From Octopus sinensis (taxonomy: Eukaryota), in NCBI RefSeq assembly GCF_006345805.1, contig NW_021834417.1:1-60124 (forward strand): a stretch of DNA of 60,124 nucleotides. Reading direction: 5' to 3'. The notes below the pieces were generated by a model. The model made no database searches, had not been told where the DNA came from, and saw only the letters and a list, made by a program, of their open reading frames with translations. Below are positions 49,408 to 60,124 of the stretch, piece after piece (position 1 is the stretch's first letter; each line of letters begins with the position of its first letter). Made by a program: the position numbers and the translations under genes.

Positions 49408-49572
49408 CGACGGGCTTCTTTCAGTTTCCGTCTACCAAATCCACTCACAAGGCTTCGGTCGGCCTGAGGCTATAGTAGAAGACACTTGCCCAAGATGCCA
49501 CGCAGTGGGACTGAACCCGGAACCATGTGGTTGGTTAGCAAGCTACTTACCACACAGCCACTCCTGCGCCTA
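49148..49572 (-). mobile_element. SINE family B
   Basis: Full head-to-tail match. Confidence 0.9.
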
Positions 49573-49583
49573 TATATGTATAT

Positions 49584-49628
<45 letters not shown>

Positions 49629-50415
49629 TTCCTGACCATTTTCCCCCCTCAAAAAGGCATTTTTGCAGCATAAGCTATTTTCTTACTGTCGCTGCCGACA
49701 CCATCGTCATACCACCACCAACAGCATCACTTCCGCGATATTGCTACCGCAACGACCATCATTATCGCCGCCGCCACCGCCACCAACACCACTACCACTA
49801 CCTAACCACCACCTCTGCCACCACCGCCACCACCACCACCACCACCACCGCCGCTGCAGCCGCCGTCGCTTCGTCACCGCTACCCCCGCCCCCACCACCA
49901 CCACCACCAGAACAGCAACGACAACCGCCCCATCTGACCCCCCCACCACCACCACCCCATCCCTCCTCTTTCACTACTATCACCTTCTCCGCTACAACTA
50001 ACATCGCATCGCTGTCTCCTTCCCGTTCATTTCCGTAGCACTCTTACTCTCTCTCTCTCTCTCTCTATCTCTCTCACACACATACCAATACGCTTTCTTC
50101 TTTTCCATTCCGCACCCCCTCACCCCTCTCCCTTTTTTACCCTTCCACTTGTTTACACTACTTGTTGCTTCTATCTGTCCACCATCTCTTCTTCTACATC
50201 TATTGTCGTTAATAGCTGTTGGTGACGGTGTTGATGGCAGTGGCGATAATGTCAACGATGTTGGAGTTGCTGCTGCTGCTACCGTTGGTTTTGTTGTTGT
50301 TGTTGTTGGTAGCGGTGGTGGCGGTGGTGGTAACGCTCTTATACTTTTTATACACGTTGTTGTTGTTGTTACTGCTGTTGTTGTCATTCGTGAGGGTGGT
50401 ATTGATGTTGCGGTT

Positions 50416-50910
50416 AAGGCGGCGAGCTGGCAGAAGCGTTAGCACGCAGGGCGAAATTCTTAGTGGTATTTCGTCTGCCGCTACGTTCTGAGTTCAAATC
50501 CCGCCGAGGTCGACTTTGCCTTTCATCCTTTCGGGGTCGATAAATTAAGTACCAGTTACGCACTGGGGTCGATGTAATCGACATAATACCTATGTCTGCC
50601 CTTGTTTGTCCTCTCTGTGTTTAACCCCTTGTGGGTAGTAAAGAAATAGGTATTTTGTCTGCCGTTACGTTCTGAGTTCAAATTCCGCCGAGGTCGACTT
50701 TGCCTTTCATCCTTTCGGTGTTGATTAAATAACTACCAGTTACGCACTGGGGTCGATATAATCGACTTGATCCGTTTGTCTGTCCTTGTTTGTTCCCTCT
50801 GTGTTTGGCCCCTTGTGGGTAGTAAAGAAATAGGTATTTCGTCTGCCGTTACGTTCTGAGTTCAAATTCCGCCGAAGTCGACTTTGCCTTTCATCCTTGT
50901 AAAAAAAATA
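50416..50910 (+). mobile_element. SINE A tandem array: headed unit, head-less unit and partial unit
   Basis: Junctions GAAATAGGTATTT at ~50643 and ~50827; 16-bp direct repeat GGTATTGATGTTGCGG at 50398-50413 and 50911-50926. Confidence 0.9.
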
Positions 50911-51189
50911 GGTATTGATGTTGCGGCTGATGATAATGTGTACGACGTTCTGTGTGCGTGTGAGCATTCGTGTTTGTTTTGTTAATGTATGTACGTTTGC
51001 GTGGTTAGTGTACGTAGTTAGTGCATGTATGGGTGTGTTTGCGTTTATGTGTGTATGTGTGTACGAGTGTATGTGTGTCTGTATGACTGAGAAAGACAGA
51101 CACACAGACAGAGAGGAACAGAGAGACCCTCAGGATTCTTTTACTATAATCGCAATAAATAAGTCCGACAAATGCTATAAAATGTTAAC

Positions 51190-51600
51190 CAGGAGTGGCT
51201 GTGTGGTAAGTAGCTTGTTTACCAACCACATGGTTCCGGGTTCAGTCCCACTGCGTGGCACCTTGAGCAAGTGTCTTCTGCTATAGCCTTGGACTGACCA
51301 AAGCCTTGAGTGGATTTGGTAGACGGAAACTGAAAGAAGCCCGTCGTATATATGTATATATATATATATGCGTGTGTGTGTTTGTGTGTCTGTGTTTGTT
51401 CCCCTAGCATTGCTTGACAACCAATGCTGGTGTGCTTATGTCCCCGTTACTTAGCGGTTCGGCAAAAGAGACCGATAGAATAAGTACTGGGCTTACAAAA
51501 GAATAAGTCCAGGGGTAGATTTTCTTGATTAAAGGTGGTGCTCCAGCATGGCCGCAGTCAAATGACTGAAACAAGTAAAAGAGTAAAAGAGTAAAGAGTA
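51190..51600 (+). mobile_element. SINE family B
   Basis: AGGAGTGGCTGTGTGG...(GTAAAAGA)n. Confidence 0.9.
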
Positions 51601-51870
51601 AATAAACAGCAACTTACATCCTCCGTCGAAGTCACCCTTATCCCCCCCACTTTGTCTTCCATCAAAAGCTAGACACAAAAAAAAAAAAAACGAAGCCAAA
51701 GGAGAAACCTATCAAAAAATACTTTTAAGTTTTCTTTTTGTAATAGTCATTGGACTGCGGTCATGCTGGGGCACCGCATTGAAAGGTTTTTAATCGAATA
51801 GATCGACCCAAGTATTTTCTTTCATACGTTTCAGCCCTAAGGCTGTGGCCATGCTGGGGCATCGCCAGTA

Positions 51871-51944
<74 letters not shown>

Positions 51945-51945
<1 letters not shown>

Positions 51946-52405
51946 GAGTGAGAGAGCAGTGCATGCCATCAAAGTGGCATTTGGGTAAAATATATGAAGC
52001 CCAGTGTACCCATCATGACTACCCGTCTGATAAGGGTACACCAGGCACATGCATCACAACCATATGTGCATGACATGGTGATCTCATATCAAGATAAACA
52101 GTGTATGACCTTGCAGGTGGGGCCCAGTTAGAATTTTCTTCTGGTCGAGTAGCCCATTCCGCTCAAAAGGTCCCTGAATGAGGACTGTCGAAAGATGATA
52201 AACAAAAAGATGAATTATCCAATCCCCAAAGAATTCCTCTCAACATATGGCTTTGATGCTCTCCCACTACTTCTGCTCGTGATCAGAGATGCACATATCG
52301 TCAGCCACAAAAGAACATGGTCAACTGGTCAACTGACAAGCAAATCTGTGGTACATGATAACACTTCCAATCATGAGAGCCACTGCCTAGTACTGCATCA
52401 AGGCA
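51945..52405 (-). mobile_element. Dispersed repeat family E between two (ATT)n tracts
   Basis: Reverse-complement match to 18040-18543. Confidence 0.75.
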
Positions 52406-52459
<54 letters not shown>

Positions 52460-52577
52460 CGAGGTCGATAAATTAAGTAACAACTGCGTACTGGGGTCGA
52501 TCTAATCGACTGACCCCCTCTCCAAAACATTTCAGGCCTTGTGCCTAGAGTAGAAAAGATTATTATTATTATTGTGT

Positions 52578-53181
52578 CGGACGGATCAGTCTGTCAACCG
52601 AGTCTGTAGTGATGACCGCTCTGCCGCCCTCGTTCAATTGGTCAGGCAAGGCAGTTTTCCTTTGCCTGGTGGCTGTAGTGAAAGGGGTTGTTTGTTGCAC
52701 AATGCTGAAAGGTATGAGGACTGATACATTTCACTTAGGTAGAGCTCTCACTGACTTCTTCAAGTTCCACTTGAAAAGGAAATTGAGAGTGGAGAGGTAA
52801 GTGCTGTCCTCGAGCGAATTTATTGAAAAGTAGGTGAGAGGCGCGAAAATGGCAAGAGTGGATGGTACCTCTCTAACTGTAGACCTGTGAGTAAGAGAGA
52901 AGGAATTGGAAAGAGCACTTGCTCCTAGGGTTTCAGAGAAATCTCGGACAGCGGGGTTCCTCGATTATCCCTAGAGGCCTTCCTGTATCAAGAGGGCTAC
53001 ATCTCTATCATCTTCCCGCCGTTTTTTTTCTACCTTTGTATACTATGCATATGTCCCTTCTTTTTCAGTGTATACCGAGTTTTTTTTTTATCATTTCATT
53101 ATTATATGTAAACCAGCACACTCTATGTCTGTCTCTGTATTGTCCCCCTCATCCTTCGCCCTTGTGGCAAATAAGTGAAAC

Positions 53182-53182
<1 letters not shown>
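52578..53182 (+). mobile_element. L1/Tx1-like LINE 3' end
   Basis: ...VFLCLVAVVKGVVCCT.LKG...LTDFFKFHLKRKLRVER, homologous to the 43440 copy; ends before (ATT)n. Confidence 0.7.
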
Positions 53183-53215
<33 letters not shown>

Positions 53216-53285
53216 GTTATTATTATTATTATTATTATCGTTGTCGTTGTTGTTGTTGCTGTTGTTGTTTTTGTTGTTGTTGTTG

Positions 53286-53332
<47 letters not shown>

Positions 53333-53384
53333 TTATTATTTATTTATTTGCTAAAAATCTGGATTTATTCTATATTTCTTTTAC

Positions 53385-53660
53385 CGATCCGCTAAGTTAC
53401 GTTAACATAAAAACCAACACTAGTTGTCAAACGGTGTGTGATAAGAGAGACAGGCAGACAGACAGACAGACAGACAGACAGACATAATGACATACACACA
53501 CATGTATATACGACGGGCTTCTCTCAGTTCCGGTATACAATTCAAAAAGTTTTGGTCGGTACCGGGGACATTGTAGAAAACACTCGCCCAAGATGCCACG
53601 CAATAGGACTGAACCCGAAACTTTGTAGGTGGAAAATAAACTTCTTACCACACAACCATT
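53385..53660 (-). mobile_element. SINE family B, decayed
   Basis: CCCAAGATGCCACGCAATAGGACTGAACCC head in reverse orientation. Confidence 0.7.
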
Positions 53661-53834
53661 ATAAGTAATTATTCTTTTTTTCTTTCTTTTTATTTTTACT
53701 GAGCCCGTAGAAAAATACGATGCCCATAACTTATATAGGCCGTCTCAGATATGGCGAGACTGATGTTGTTGAAGTTCCGTTTAAAGTATTTCAAGTCGAT
53801 ATCTTCAGGAACAAAAGACATGAGCAAAGAGAAG

Positions 53835-54829
53835 GTTCGAGATGCTAACGATTCTGCCAGCATGCTGCCTTTATAGTAATAATAATAATCCTCTCTGCTG
53901 TAGGCACAAAACCTGAGATTTGGTGGGAGAGGACTAGATTACATCGACCCCAGTGTTTCTCTGGTACTTATTTTATAGACTCCAAAAGTTTAAAAGGCAA
54001 AGTCGACCTCGACAGAATTTGAACTCAGAACGTGGATCTTTTCCTTTTCAACGGCGGATCGAGAAATTAATTTTTTGCAACTAAACACTTTCAAACTTTG
54101 GATACTGGTAGAATGTGTCATATAAAACATCTTTTACTCTTAGTGTTGTTGAGAAAAGTTTCTATTTTCAAAGTTATTTCGTGTTAAAGTTGTCGTATTT
54201 CGGTAATTTCAACCAATCAATGACGAGTATTCACCTGAATAAAATTACTGCCGTTGTTTGTCAACAACAACTATCGGCGGTGTTGTATGACACATTCTAC
54301 CAGTGTCCGAAGTTTGAATGTGTTTAGCTACAAAAAAATTCATTTCTCGTTCTGCCGTTGAAAGGGAAAAGACCCCAGAACGTAGCTAAGCATTTCATCC
54401 AGTGGGCAAACGATTCTGCTAGCTCGCTGCTTTAATAATAATAATGATAGGTTGAAATTTTGTCACAAGGGCAGCAATTTTGGGGGAGGGGAGAGGATGG
54501 GTCAATTACATCGATCCCAGTATTCAATTGGTACTTTATTTTATCGACCCCGGAAGGATGAAAGGCAAAGTTGACCTCGACGGAATTTGAACTCAAAAGA
54601 TAGCGGCAGACGAAATACCGCCAGGCATAATAATGAAAATAATCTTTTCTACTAAAGGCACAAAGCCCGAACTTTGGGGGCTAAGTCGATTACATCGACT
54701 CCAGTGTTTCACTGGTACTTAATTTATTGACCCCGAAAGGATGAAAAGCAAAGTCGACCTCGTAAAGACGGACGAAATACAGCTATTCGATTTCGTCTGG
54801 CGTGCTAACGATTCCGCCTGCTTGCCGCC

Positions 54830-54830
<1 letters not shown>
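53835..54830 (-). mobile_element. Cluster of decayed short-tail SINE A copies
   Basis: Repeated AAAGGCAAAGT(C/T)GACCTC bodies; the first copy is interrupted by a MITE. Confidence 0.75.
54034..54375. mobile_element. MITE with ~90-bp imperfect TIRs and 8-bp TSD, inserted in a SINE A
   Basis: CAGAACGT at 54026-54033 and 54376-54383; TIRs GG(A/G)TCTTTTCC(T/C)TTTCAACGGC...GAATGTGTCAT. Superfamily not assigned. Confidence 0.85.
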
Positions 54831-54902
<72 letters not shown>

Positions 54903-54905
54903 GAA

Positions 54906-54936
<31 letters not shown>

Positions 54937-54949
54937 AAGAAGAAGAAGA

Positions 54950-55000
<51 letters not shown>

Positions 55001-55176
55001 TCTTCATTGACCACCAGGGCCGAACACAAACACGGAGGACGATACACAGATGAAGGACATTGAGGTTAACGTCCTCTATGTTTTGTGTTCGGCCCTGGAG
55101 GCCAATAAAGAAAGAATTATTATTATCATTATTATTATTAATATTATTATTATCATCGTCAATATTATTATTATTG

Positions 55177-55219
<43 letters not shown>

Positions 55220-55290
55220 GAAGAAGAAGAAGAAGAAGAACAACAACAACAACAACAACAAAACAGCAACAACAACAATAATAATAATAA
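54830..55290. repeat. Compound (AAT)n/(AAG)n/(ATT)n/(AAC)n microsatellites
   Basis: Direct inspection. Confidence 0.9.
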
Positions 55291-55809
55291 TGCAACTAAT
55301 TTTCGAGTTAGAGGAAAAAACCAAATACGATATTAATTTGTGATATTTACAAAAAAGAAACAAACAAAAAAATTAACACTATGTTCACTCCAAATCCATG
55401 CTAAATTTTTGCTATATTCATATGTAATTCACACAAATTTCACAGACGATTCACACTTAATTCCCTACTACATTCCCGATAGATTCAAAGCGAATAGAAT
55501 TGTGATGAATGCTTACATGGGAAATGAAAAAAATACGTTTGTCCGTCTCGTTTTGTTTTGTTGTGGTTTGGTCGCTTTCCCGGCCAGTTTTCTCGCTTGT
55601 ACCTCCAGAGTGGAAGCAATATTATCAATAATAGCACGAAATTGCGTTTGACACCCTAGCCGATAACTGATGTTTGTTTTCCGTTCGTCTGTACATTTAG
55701 TATATGTTTTTCAACTTGACTTTCTGTGTCTGTTTTCCGTCCGTTTGTTTATTACTATACGTTCTTTTGACTTCTGAAAAGATAGATGTGTGTTGTGTGG
55801 GGGGGGGGG

Positions 55810-55846
<37 letters not shown>

Positions 55847-55923
55847 ATAATATATATTTATATATTATATAAATGCAGTCAAAAATTGTTATAATGTCTT
55901 GTTGTTGAGATAAGTTATCTTTC

Positions 55924-56002
55924 TTCCTGATGAGAAGATTGCATTTTACACCGTTTATTTCTTTGAAATAAAATCAGTGTTGTCTTCGAAACATATATCG
56001 AA
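55924..56002 (+). ncRNA. Hammerhead-like motif with long stem II
   Basis: TTC-CTGATGA-GAAGA...TCTTC-GAAA-C-ATAT-A-TC-GAA; stem II contains the TTTATTTC/GAAATAAA hairpin; C-A mismatch in stem III; stem I only 3 bp. Confidence 0.5.
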
Positions 56003-56327
56003 AGTAAAATAATTTGAATAGCATCTGCGTTCAACTCCATTTATTTACTTATATATATATATATCTTTTATCTTTTACTAGTTTCAACCATTAGAATGTA
56101 ACTATGCTGGGACGCCACCATGAAGAATTTTAGTCGGACGAATCGACCCCAGTACTTCAAGACTTGTACTCATTCTGCCAGTCGCTTTACTGAAATACTA
56201 AGTTATGGGGATGTAAACTCACCAACGTCGTTTGACGAGCGGTGTGACAAACAAAGACAAAAAGACACAAGCATAGGTATGGATGTGTGTGAATATGTTT
56301 AGTTTTATATATAGATATTGTGTGTGT

Positions 56328-56361
<34 letters not shown>

Positions 56362-56627
56362 ACAGATGAAGACAGCAGTCGTTCATATAAGAAAACTGTG
56401 GAAAAAGTACAATATCAAGGTGATGCTCTAGCATGACCGTTGCCGCATGGCTGGAACGAATAGAAGAAATATTTATACATATATATATTTAAATAACGCG
56501 AAACCACTAAGACGTCTCGGAAACCAGCTGATGAGAAAATCAGCCGCGAATGTTGCTTATATCGTGTTTTTGTTTCCCTTTTCTGTCCGTTATGAAAAGC
56601 GAAAGCCTCTGTCTAAATTTTGATATA

Positions 56628-57035
56628 TTCTTTTACTCTTTTACTTGTTTCAGTCATTTGACTGCGGCCATGCTGGAGCACCGCCTTTAGTCGAGCAAAT
56701 CGACCCCAGGACTTATTCTTTGTAAGCCTAGTACTTATTCTTTCGGTCTCTTTCGGCCGAACCGCTAAGTTACAGGGTCGTAAACACATAACCATCGGTT
56801 GTCAAGCAATACTGGGTGTCAAACACAGACACAAACATATATATACACACACATACATATGTAAGCATATACATGTATACGACGGGCTTCTTTCAGTTTC
56901 CATCTACCAAATCCACTCACAATGCTTTGGTCGGCCCGAGGCTATAGTAGAAGACACTTGCCCAAGGTGCCACGCAGTGGGAATGAATCCAGAACCATGT
57001 GGCTGGTAAGCAATCTACTTACCACACAGCCACTT
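56628..57035 (-). mobile_element. SINE family B
   Basis: Full head-to-tail match. Confidence 0.9.
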
Positions 57036-57054
57036 CTTGTGTCTGTTTTGCGTG

Positions 57055-57086
<32 letters not shown>

Positions 57087-57923
57087 TGTATGTATGTATG
57101 TACGTATGTATGATATAGAATGTATGTATGTATGTATTATATATATATATATATATTTAATATTTAAAAAAATATAATAAATGAAAGAAAACATATGCAT
57201 ATATATAACACATATGTACGTACCTACCTCTACATGTACATATACACGCATATATGAGTACAGGACACCAAAGGGACGTCGAACACAATGGAGAAATGAA
57301 AACATAGACACAAACAAAGGAACTGGACATTTTTTTTAAAAACAACAAAAAATATAGTACAGGACAATTAACACAAAGAAAAAAACCCTTCTTCAGTCGC
57401 TATGGTTTCATCTACTCTACGTTTCGAAGGATAAAAGCAAGACATATCTTCGACAAGAAACTTTCCTTCCTGCGAAAAGCAAATCAATTAAAATTCTGAG
57501 ATCTTTTCGCAGAGGGGTAAAAAATGGTAAAAAAAAATGGTAAAAAAACAGGACAGTAACGACAGTACAAAATATAAACAGTAAAAGACAGGACAGGGAA
57601 AAACAAGATAAGAAGGGCTGTTGACGCCGAACGCAGAATTTTTTGTGAACGACGAGAGGAGTAAGAAGAATGTCGTCCATTACCTTGAAAGGCCAGGCCA
57701 GAAAGACAGTCAGAACGGAAGTATCGCCGCGGGTGAACGACAGGAAGGGGGAGGAGGAGCAAGAGGAAGGGAGAGAAGAAGGGGAATGGCTGCGAGGAAA
57801 CCATGAAGAAATATATATAATATATATATATATAAAGATAAATTAAATATAGAGATATTCAATTGACAATCCAATAATTTATTTATATTACAATATTACA
57901 TTAAATACTTTGAATATATTATA

Positions 57924-58306
57924 CTAGCAGTATCGCCCGGCGTTGCTCGGGTTTGTAAGGGAAATAACTATAAAGCATTTTTAGAGAGTTATAGCCAAAA
58001 AATAGCAAAAAAATGGGAAAAAAATGATGGTAAATTTTTTTTGAGAGTTAAAAAGGTCGAGTTGCGTCCCCTAGACAGTCTGTGGTTTGTGTTTCTGATT
58101 CTCGACTCCATGTCGAATTTATCGATTTTTTCAGAACTGGGGGAACTTTTCAAAATTTTCGCTGCGTTAGTTTTGAATTATGTCATTGGGCTATGTGTGT
58201 GTCAAGTTTCATCAGAATCGGTTGAAAGCCGTGGTCAGGGTGAGGGTACAACCTAACAGACACACAGACACGCAGACAGACAAACTGCCGTTTATATATA
58301 GAGAGA
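57924..58306 (-). mobile_element. Complete 383-bp non-autonomous Helitron
   Basis: Minus strand A|TCTCTCTATATATAAAC...CCCGAGCAACGCCGGGCGATACTGCTAG|T: 5' TC, 3' hairpin plus CTAG, A|T target, no TSD. Confidence 0.9.
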
Positions 58307-59026
58307 TAACATAACATGATATAAATAATCATAAAAACTATAAAAGGCCAAGAAACTGTTTCGACTTATATATATTCTTTTCTGATATACATAATCACAG
58401 TTCCATTATATTATAGTCACTTCAGGGTATTGACTTTAGAAAAAGACGAAATTCCGTGTGAAATTACGGCTAGATTGTAAAAATTAATTCAAATGTCTGT
58501 GTTATGAGCGTGAGCGTTAATTATTCAATCATACATCAATTACAATTAAAAAAACAACAAAAACACTTTAACGGACGATACAGCCAAGTAAGGGCAATCC
58601 ACAGCCATCGAAATCCACTCCGTTATATCTCAAACACATACCAATTGACACCCTTTCGTGTCCGAGATAGTCGCTTGTCACCACAACATACAACAATAAA
58701 ATATGTGTGTATATAGAAAAGTATCTAAGCCTTTTCCAACAAAAATAAATAAACAATTACATCTTCAATACAACAACTCCTTTATCTATTTAAATTAGTT
58801 GGTATTAAAAAAATTATTGTTTAAATTAACTAATACTAATCTTCTATATTTATTATTTTCTCGGAGGGATAATTCCGTAATAGATATGAATAGAAACCTA
58901 ATGAAAATTTCTCACTTTGTTTGCTTAATCTATCGCAGGGAGAAATCCGTAATTATTGCTAATATTGACTTAAGACTGTAAATGTGATATCCAAATATAT
59001 GTATATATATATATATAATATATATA

Positions 59027-59058
<32 letters not shown>

Positions 59059-59296
59059 ATATTATATATATATATATATATACATTGGAATTGATTTTAT
59101 TGTTATCATTTGTAAATATAGCCACGAAACACACACGTGTATCAATTCACTAATAATATACTATTTATTTATTATTTCGTACTTTATTTAGTGCTAGGTA
59201 GTTGTTTTATCGCATCATTAATTTTTTCTATAAGGTATGATTTAAATATATCGTTTTTGAATTGCTACATGGTGGTTCTTCTCTAATTTATATACA

Positions 59297-59482
59297 TAGG
59301 CGCAGGAGTGGCTATGTGGTAAGTAGCTTGTTTACCAACCACATGGTTCCGGGTTCAGTCCCACTGCGTGGCACCTTGGGCAAGTGTCTTCTACTGTAGC
59401 CTCGGGCCGACCAAAGCCTTGTGAGTGGATTTGGTAGACGGAAACTGAAAGAAGCCCGTCGTATATGTATATATTAATATAT

Positions 59483-59514
<32 letters not shown>

Positions 59515-59740
59515 ATATGCGTGTGTGTGTTTGTGTGTCTGTGTTTGTCCTCCTAGCATTGCTTGGCAACCGATGCTGGTGTGTTTATGTCCCCGTTACT
59601 TAGCGTTTCGGCAAAGGAGACCGATAGAATAAGTACTGGCTTACAAAGAATAAGTCCCGGGGTCGAGTTGCTCGATTAGAGGCGGTGCTCAGCATGGCCG
59701 CAGTCAAATGACTGAAACAAGTAAAGAGTAAAAGAGTAAA
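59297..59740 (+). mobile_element. SINE family B
   Basis: TAGGCGCAGGAGTGGC...GTAAAAGAGTAAA. Confidence 0.9.
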
Positions 59741-59755
59741 TACATACATACATAC

Positions 59756-59793
<38 letters not shown>

Positions 59794-59794
59794 A

Positions 59795-59984
59795 TATGTA
59801 GGTCCCGGGTTGAGTCGGGGTTGACCACAGTAATAAGGTACTCAATACATAGCAGAGTAAATTAATTTATTTATAGAAGGAGCTTCTACAGGACTAGAAC
59901 TGTTTCATTCAAAGAAATCATCAGGAAGCTTCTTGATGATTCTTTTGAATGAAACAGTTCTAGTCCTGTAGAAGCTCCTCTATA
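59795..59984 (-). mobile_element. Second copy of the palindrome-plus-tail element
   Basis: Reverse-complement match to 23716-23907. Confidence 0.85.
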
Positions 59985-60006
59985 ATATATATATATATAT
60001 ATATAT

Positions 60007-60037
<31 letters not shown>

Positions 60038-60124
60038 ATATATATATATATATAATTAGGCTACAGTAATGGAAATCAAATTTATTAATTTCGTATGGGT
60101 AACCACATTTGAATTAAAGTTACT

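Noticed and set aside
55340-55660. Possible piggyBac-like cysteine-rich C-terminus on the minus strand
   Set aside because: Requires several frameshifts to assemble; no TTAA-bounded TIR identified.

Overview
Eukaryotic, repeat-saturated, AT-rich DNA with no supportable host protein-coding exon, rRNA, true tRNA gene or CRISPR array. The repeat content (dense (TA)n/(CA)n/(AAT)n microsatellites, these tRNA-headed SINE families, Penelope, RTE, CR1, Tx1-like, Helitron and mariner remnants) looks like an octopus/coleoid cephalopod intron or intergenic region; this is inference from recalled repeat families, not a search. Nearly all ORFs in the supplied track are microsatellite or SINE artefacts. 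The real coding remnants are all transposon-derived: Helitron PIF1 helicase, Penelope RT, mariner transposase, and LINE ORF1/ORF2 pieces. The main unexplained signal is a set of hammerhead-ribozyme (HHR) motifs found by manual folding: one fully canonical type I HHR at 13868-13920 inside a ~330-bp repeated monomer; an HHR-bearing ~440-bp unit in inverted-plus-tandem arrangement at 27.9-28.9 kb (retrozyme or Penelope-pLTR-like); a palindromic element carrying an HHR-like fold on each strand (23.7 and 59.9 kb); and several core-variant or decayed motifs. Also notable: a SINE whose 3' tail matches the 3' end of a Tx1-like LINE in this window and which forms head-less tandem arrays joined at one recurrent palindromic junction; a possible composite Helitron with nested 3' termini enclosing a LINE ORF1 fragment; and a 212-bp satellite with a trimer higher-order duplication. 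Boundaries of decayed repeats are approximate, within about 10-20 bp.
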